From: Perkinsela sp. CCAP 1560/9
Lineage: Eukaryota; Protista; Euglenozoa: Kinetoplastea
Reading direction: 5' to 3'
DNA length: 64,000 bases
Assembly (NCBI GenBank): GCA_965644495.1
Contig: CBFFSA010000004.1
Coordinates: 1,067,767-1,131,766 of the forward strand
Below the pieces are notes generated by a model. It had not been told where the DNA came from and did not search any database. It saw only the letters and a list, made by a program, of their open reading frames with translations. This document shows positions 62,901-64,000 of the stretch, one piece after another. A program made the translations under genes and the position numbers. The stretch's first letter is position 1; every line of letters begins with the position of its first letter.

Positions 62901-63492
62901 CACCTTTTTAGTCAAAAATGGGTCATTTTGAGGGGCGCACCACAGTTCGAAGAAGTGATACCTTGCGAAAACAACTGCGGAGAAAGCTAGTGGAGGTCCC
63001 AAACTATCAAAATACAATAGGGGAAACGATTTTGGAAAAATATTTTTTTTGTCATTTTTTTCGCCAAGTTGAAATTTTTTTCGAAAAAATTGTTCCGAAA
63101 AATCCGAACTTGGCGGACCCGTCCTGCGGATACGCGGGGGGGTCACCCCCCGGGTAGGGGGGTGGAAAATGCGCGCCAAGACCCCGGCTACCCTTTCTGC
63201 GGTTTTTTTTCGAAAACTAATTTTTTCGAAAAAATTTGATCGACCATGCCCCCCCCCCCCTGGACCCCCCCCCTGGACCCCCCCCCTGGACCCCCCCCTG
63301 GACCCCCCCCCTGGACCCCCCCCATGGACCCCCCATTTTTTTCAAAAAAATTTTCAGTTTTGGACCACCGGAGCCCCCTTTATATTTTTTTCTTCTATTA
63401 TATTACTGTGTTCCTCTTTATATTTTCACTGTTTTTGTTCACTTTTTTTTCAATAATCGAGTGTAGAGCGGTAGTTTTACAACCACCGCAAT
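59973..63492 (-). repeat. Head-to-tail array of four ~0.8-0.94-kb terminal/non-autonomous units
   Basis: Units at ~59973-60750 (diverged, truncated), 60751-61629, 61636-62552 and 62553-63492, each with a variable (GGACCCCCCCCT)n tract. Confidence 0.92.
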
Positions 63493-64000
63493 TTATATTA
63501 TGAGATATGATTTGTTTGTTTTGTTTAGAGATTTCATTTATTTAGTTTGGTATAGTGACACTCCTTCTCTAACCTTTTTATTGCGCCCGCCCACCAACCC
63601 CCAACCACTTCGCGGAGTTGGCGGACGGGATGCCCATGGGAGTTTGGCATAAAATTTTTAAATGCACCACGAGATTCACTAGCTACTATCCGGAAACTAT
63701 CCCGAAGGAACCAAAGTGCAGGACACTAGAAGTCTACGCATGGAAATTTAAGGGGCTAATATCGGGTCAAATGCCCGGAAGGGGTTATAATTTTCATTGT
63801 TCTTTTCCCCGAAAGGGGGTTGTAATTGAATCATGTAATAAAAGCTACAATATGTATTCTGAAAATTTACATATTTACTGATTACTTACTTGTAGAATCT
63901 TTTTCCTTTACGCGTTTTTTGTTACCATGCGTTCCCAGCGACTTCGCGTGCCGGCGAACCCAGGACATGAGCGAGACCGCAGCCCTAAGCGAACACGTCC

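Larger units (their letters stand above)
49319..63492 (-). mobile_element. Putative autonomous Helitron-like (Helitron2/proto-Helentron type) rolling-circle transposon with terminal unit arrays
   Basis: HUH Rep + PIF1 ORF bracketed by same-orientation terminal units: fixed hairpin ends at 61629, 62552 and 63492 upstream, long palindrome at 49319-49425 downstream. Exact boundaries are inferred. Confidence 0.75.

Noticed and set aside
59973-63492. Many 60-190-aa ORFs (e.g. MKKYFSDLKGH..., PPPGPPPWTPP...) in the terminal units, also at 44861-50300 and 11160-11725
   Set aside because: They arise from non-coding repeats and homopolymer tracts, and frames are not conserved between near-identical copies.

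Overview
Eukaryotic, intron-free, gene-dense DNA with a kinetoplastid layout. About 30 housekeeping genes lie head-to-tail on the + strand from 1941 to 44817, consistent with a polycistronic, trans-spliced cluster. They include a nuclear-encoded kinetoplastid-type F1-ATPase alpha, a SAM-kinesin-13, SPT4, BDP1, CTF18, an eIF4E-family gene, an SRP9-like gene, SF3B5 and four short LRR paralogues. A Perkinsela-like early-branching kinetoplastid is my best guess, but this is inference. The last 19 kb is dominated by a rolling-circle (Helitron2/proto-Helentron-like) transposon system on the minus strand. A zinc-finger-repeat ORF and a HUH-Rep + PIF1 helicase ORF join into one ~2787-aa protein across a single 1-nt frame break, followed by a small RRM cargo ORF. 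These are embedded among ~0.9-kb non-autonomous units with one fixed hairpin end and one ragged long-palindrome end; the units occur in tandem, inverted and dispersed. The window also holds a Tc1-like transposase remnant and several TA-flanked MITEs. At the left edge is an unannotated minus-strand ORF (>=541 aa, four CxHxCKDKxxCGHxCCK fingers) preceded by a spliced-leader-like sequence. All calls come from motif recognition by eye; no database search was run.
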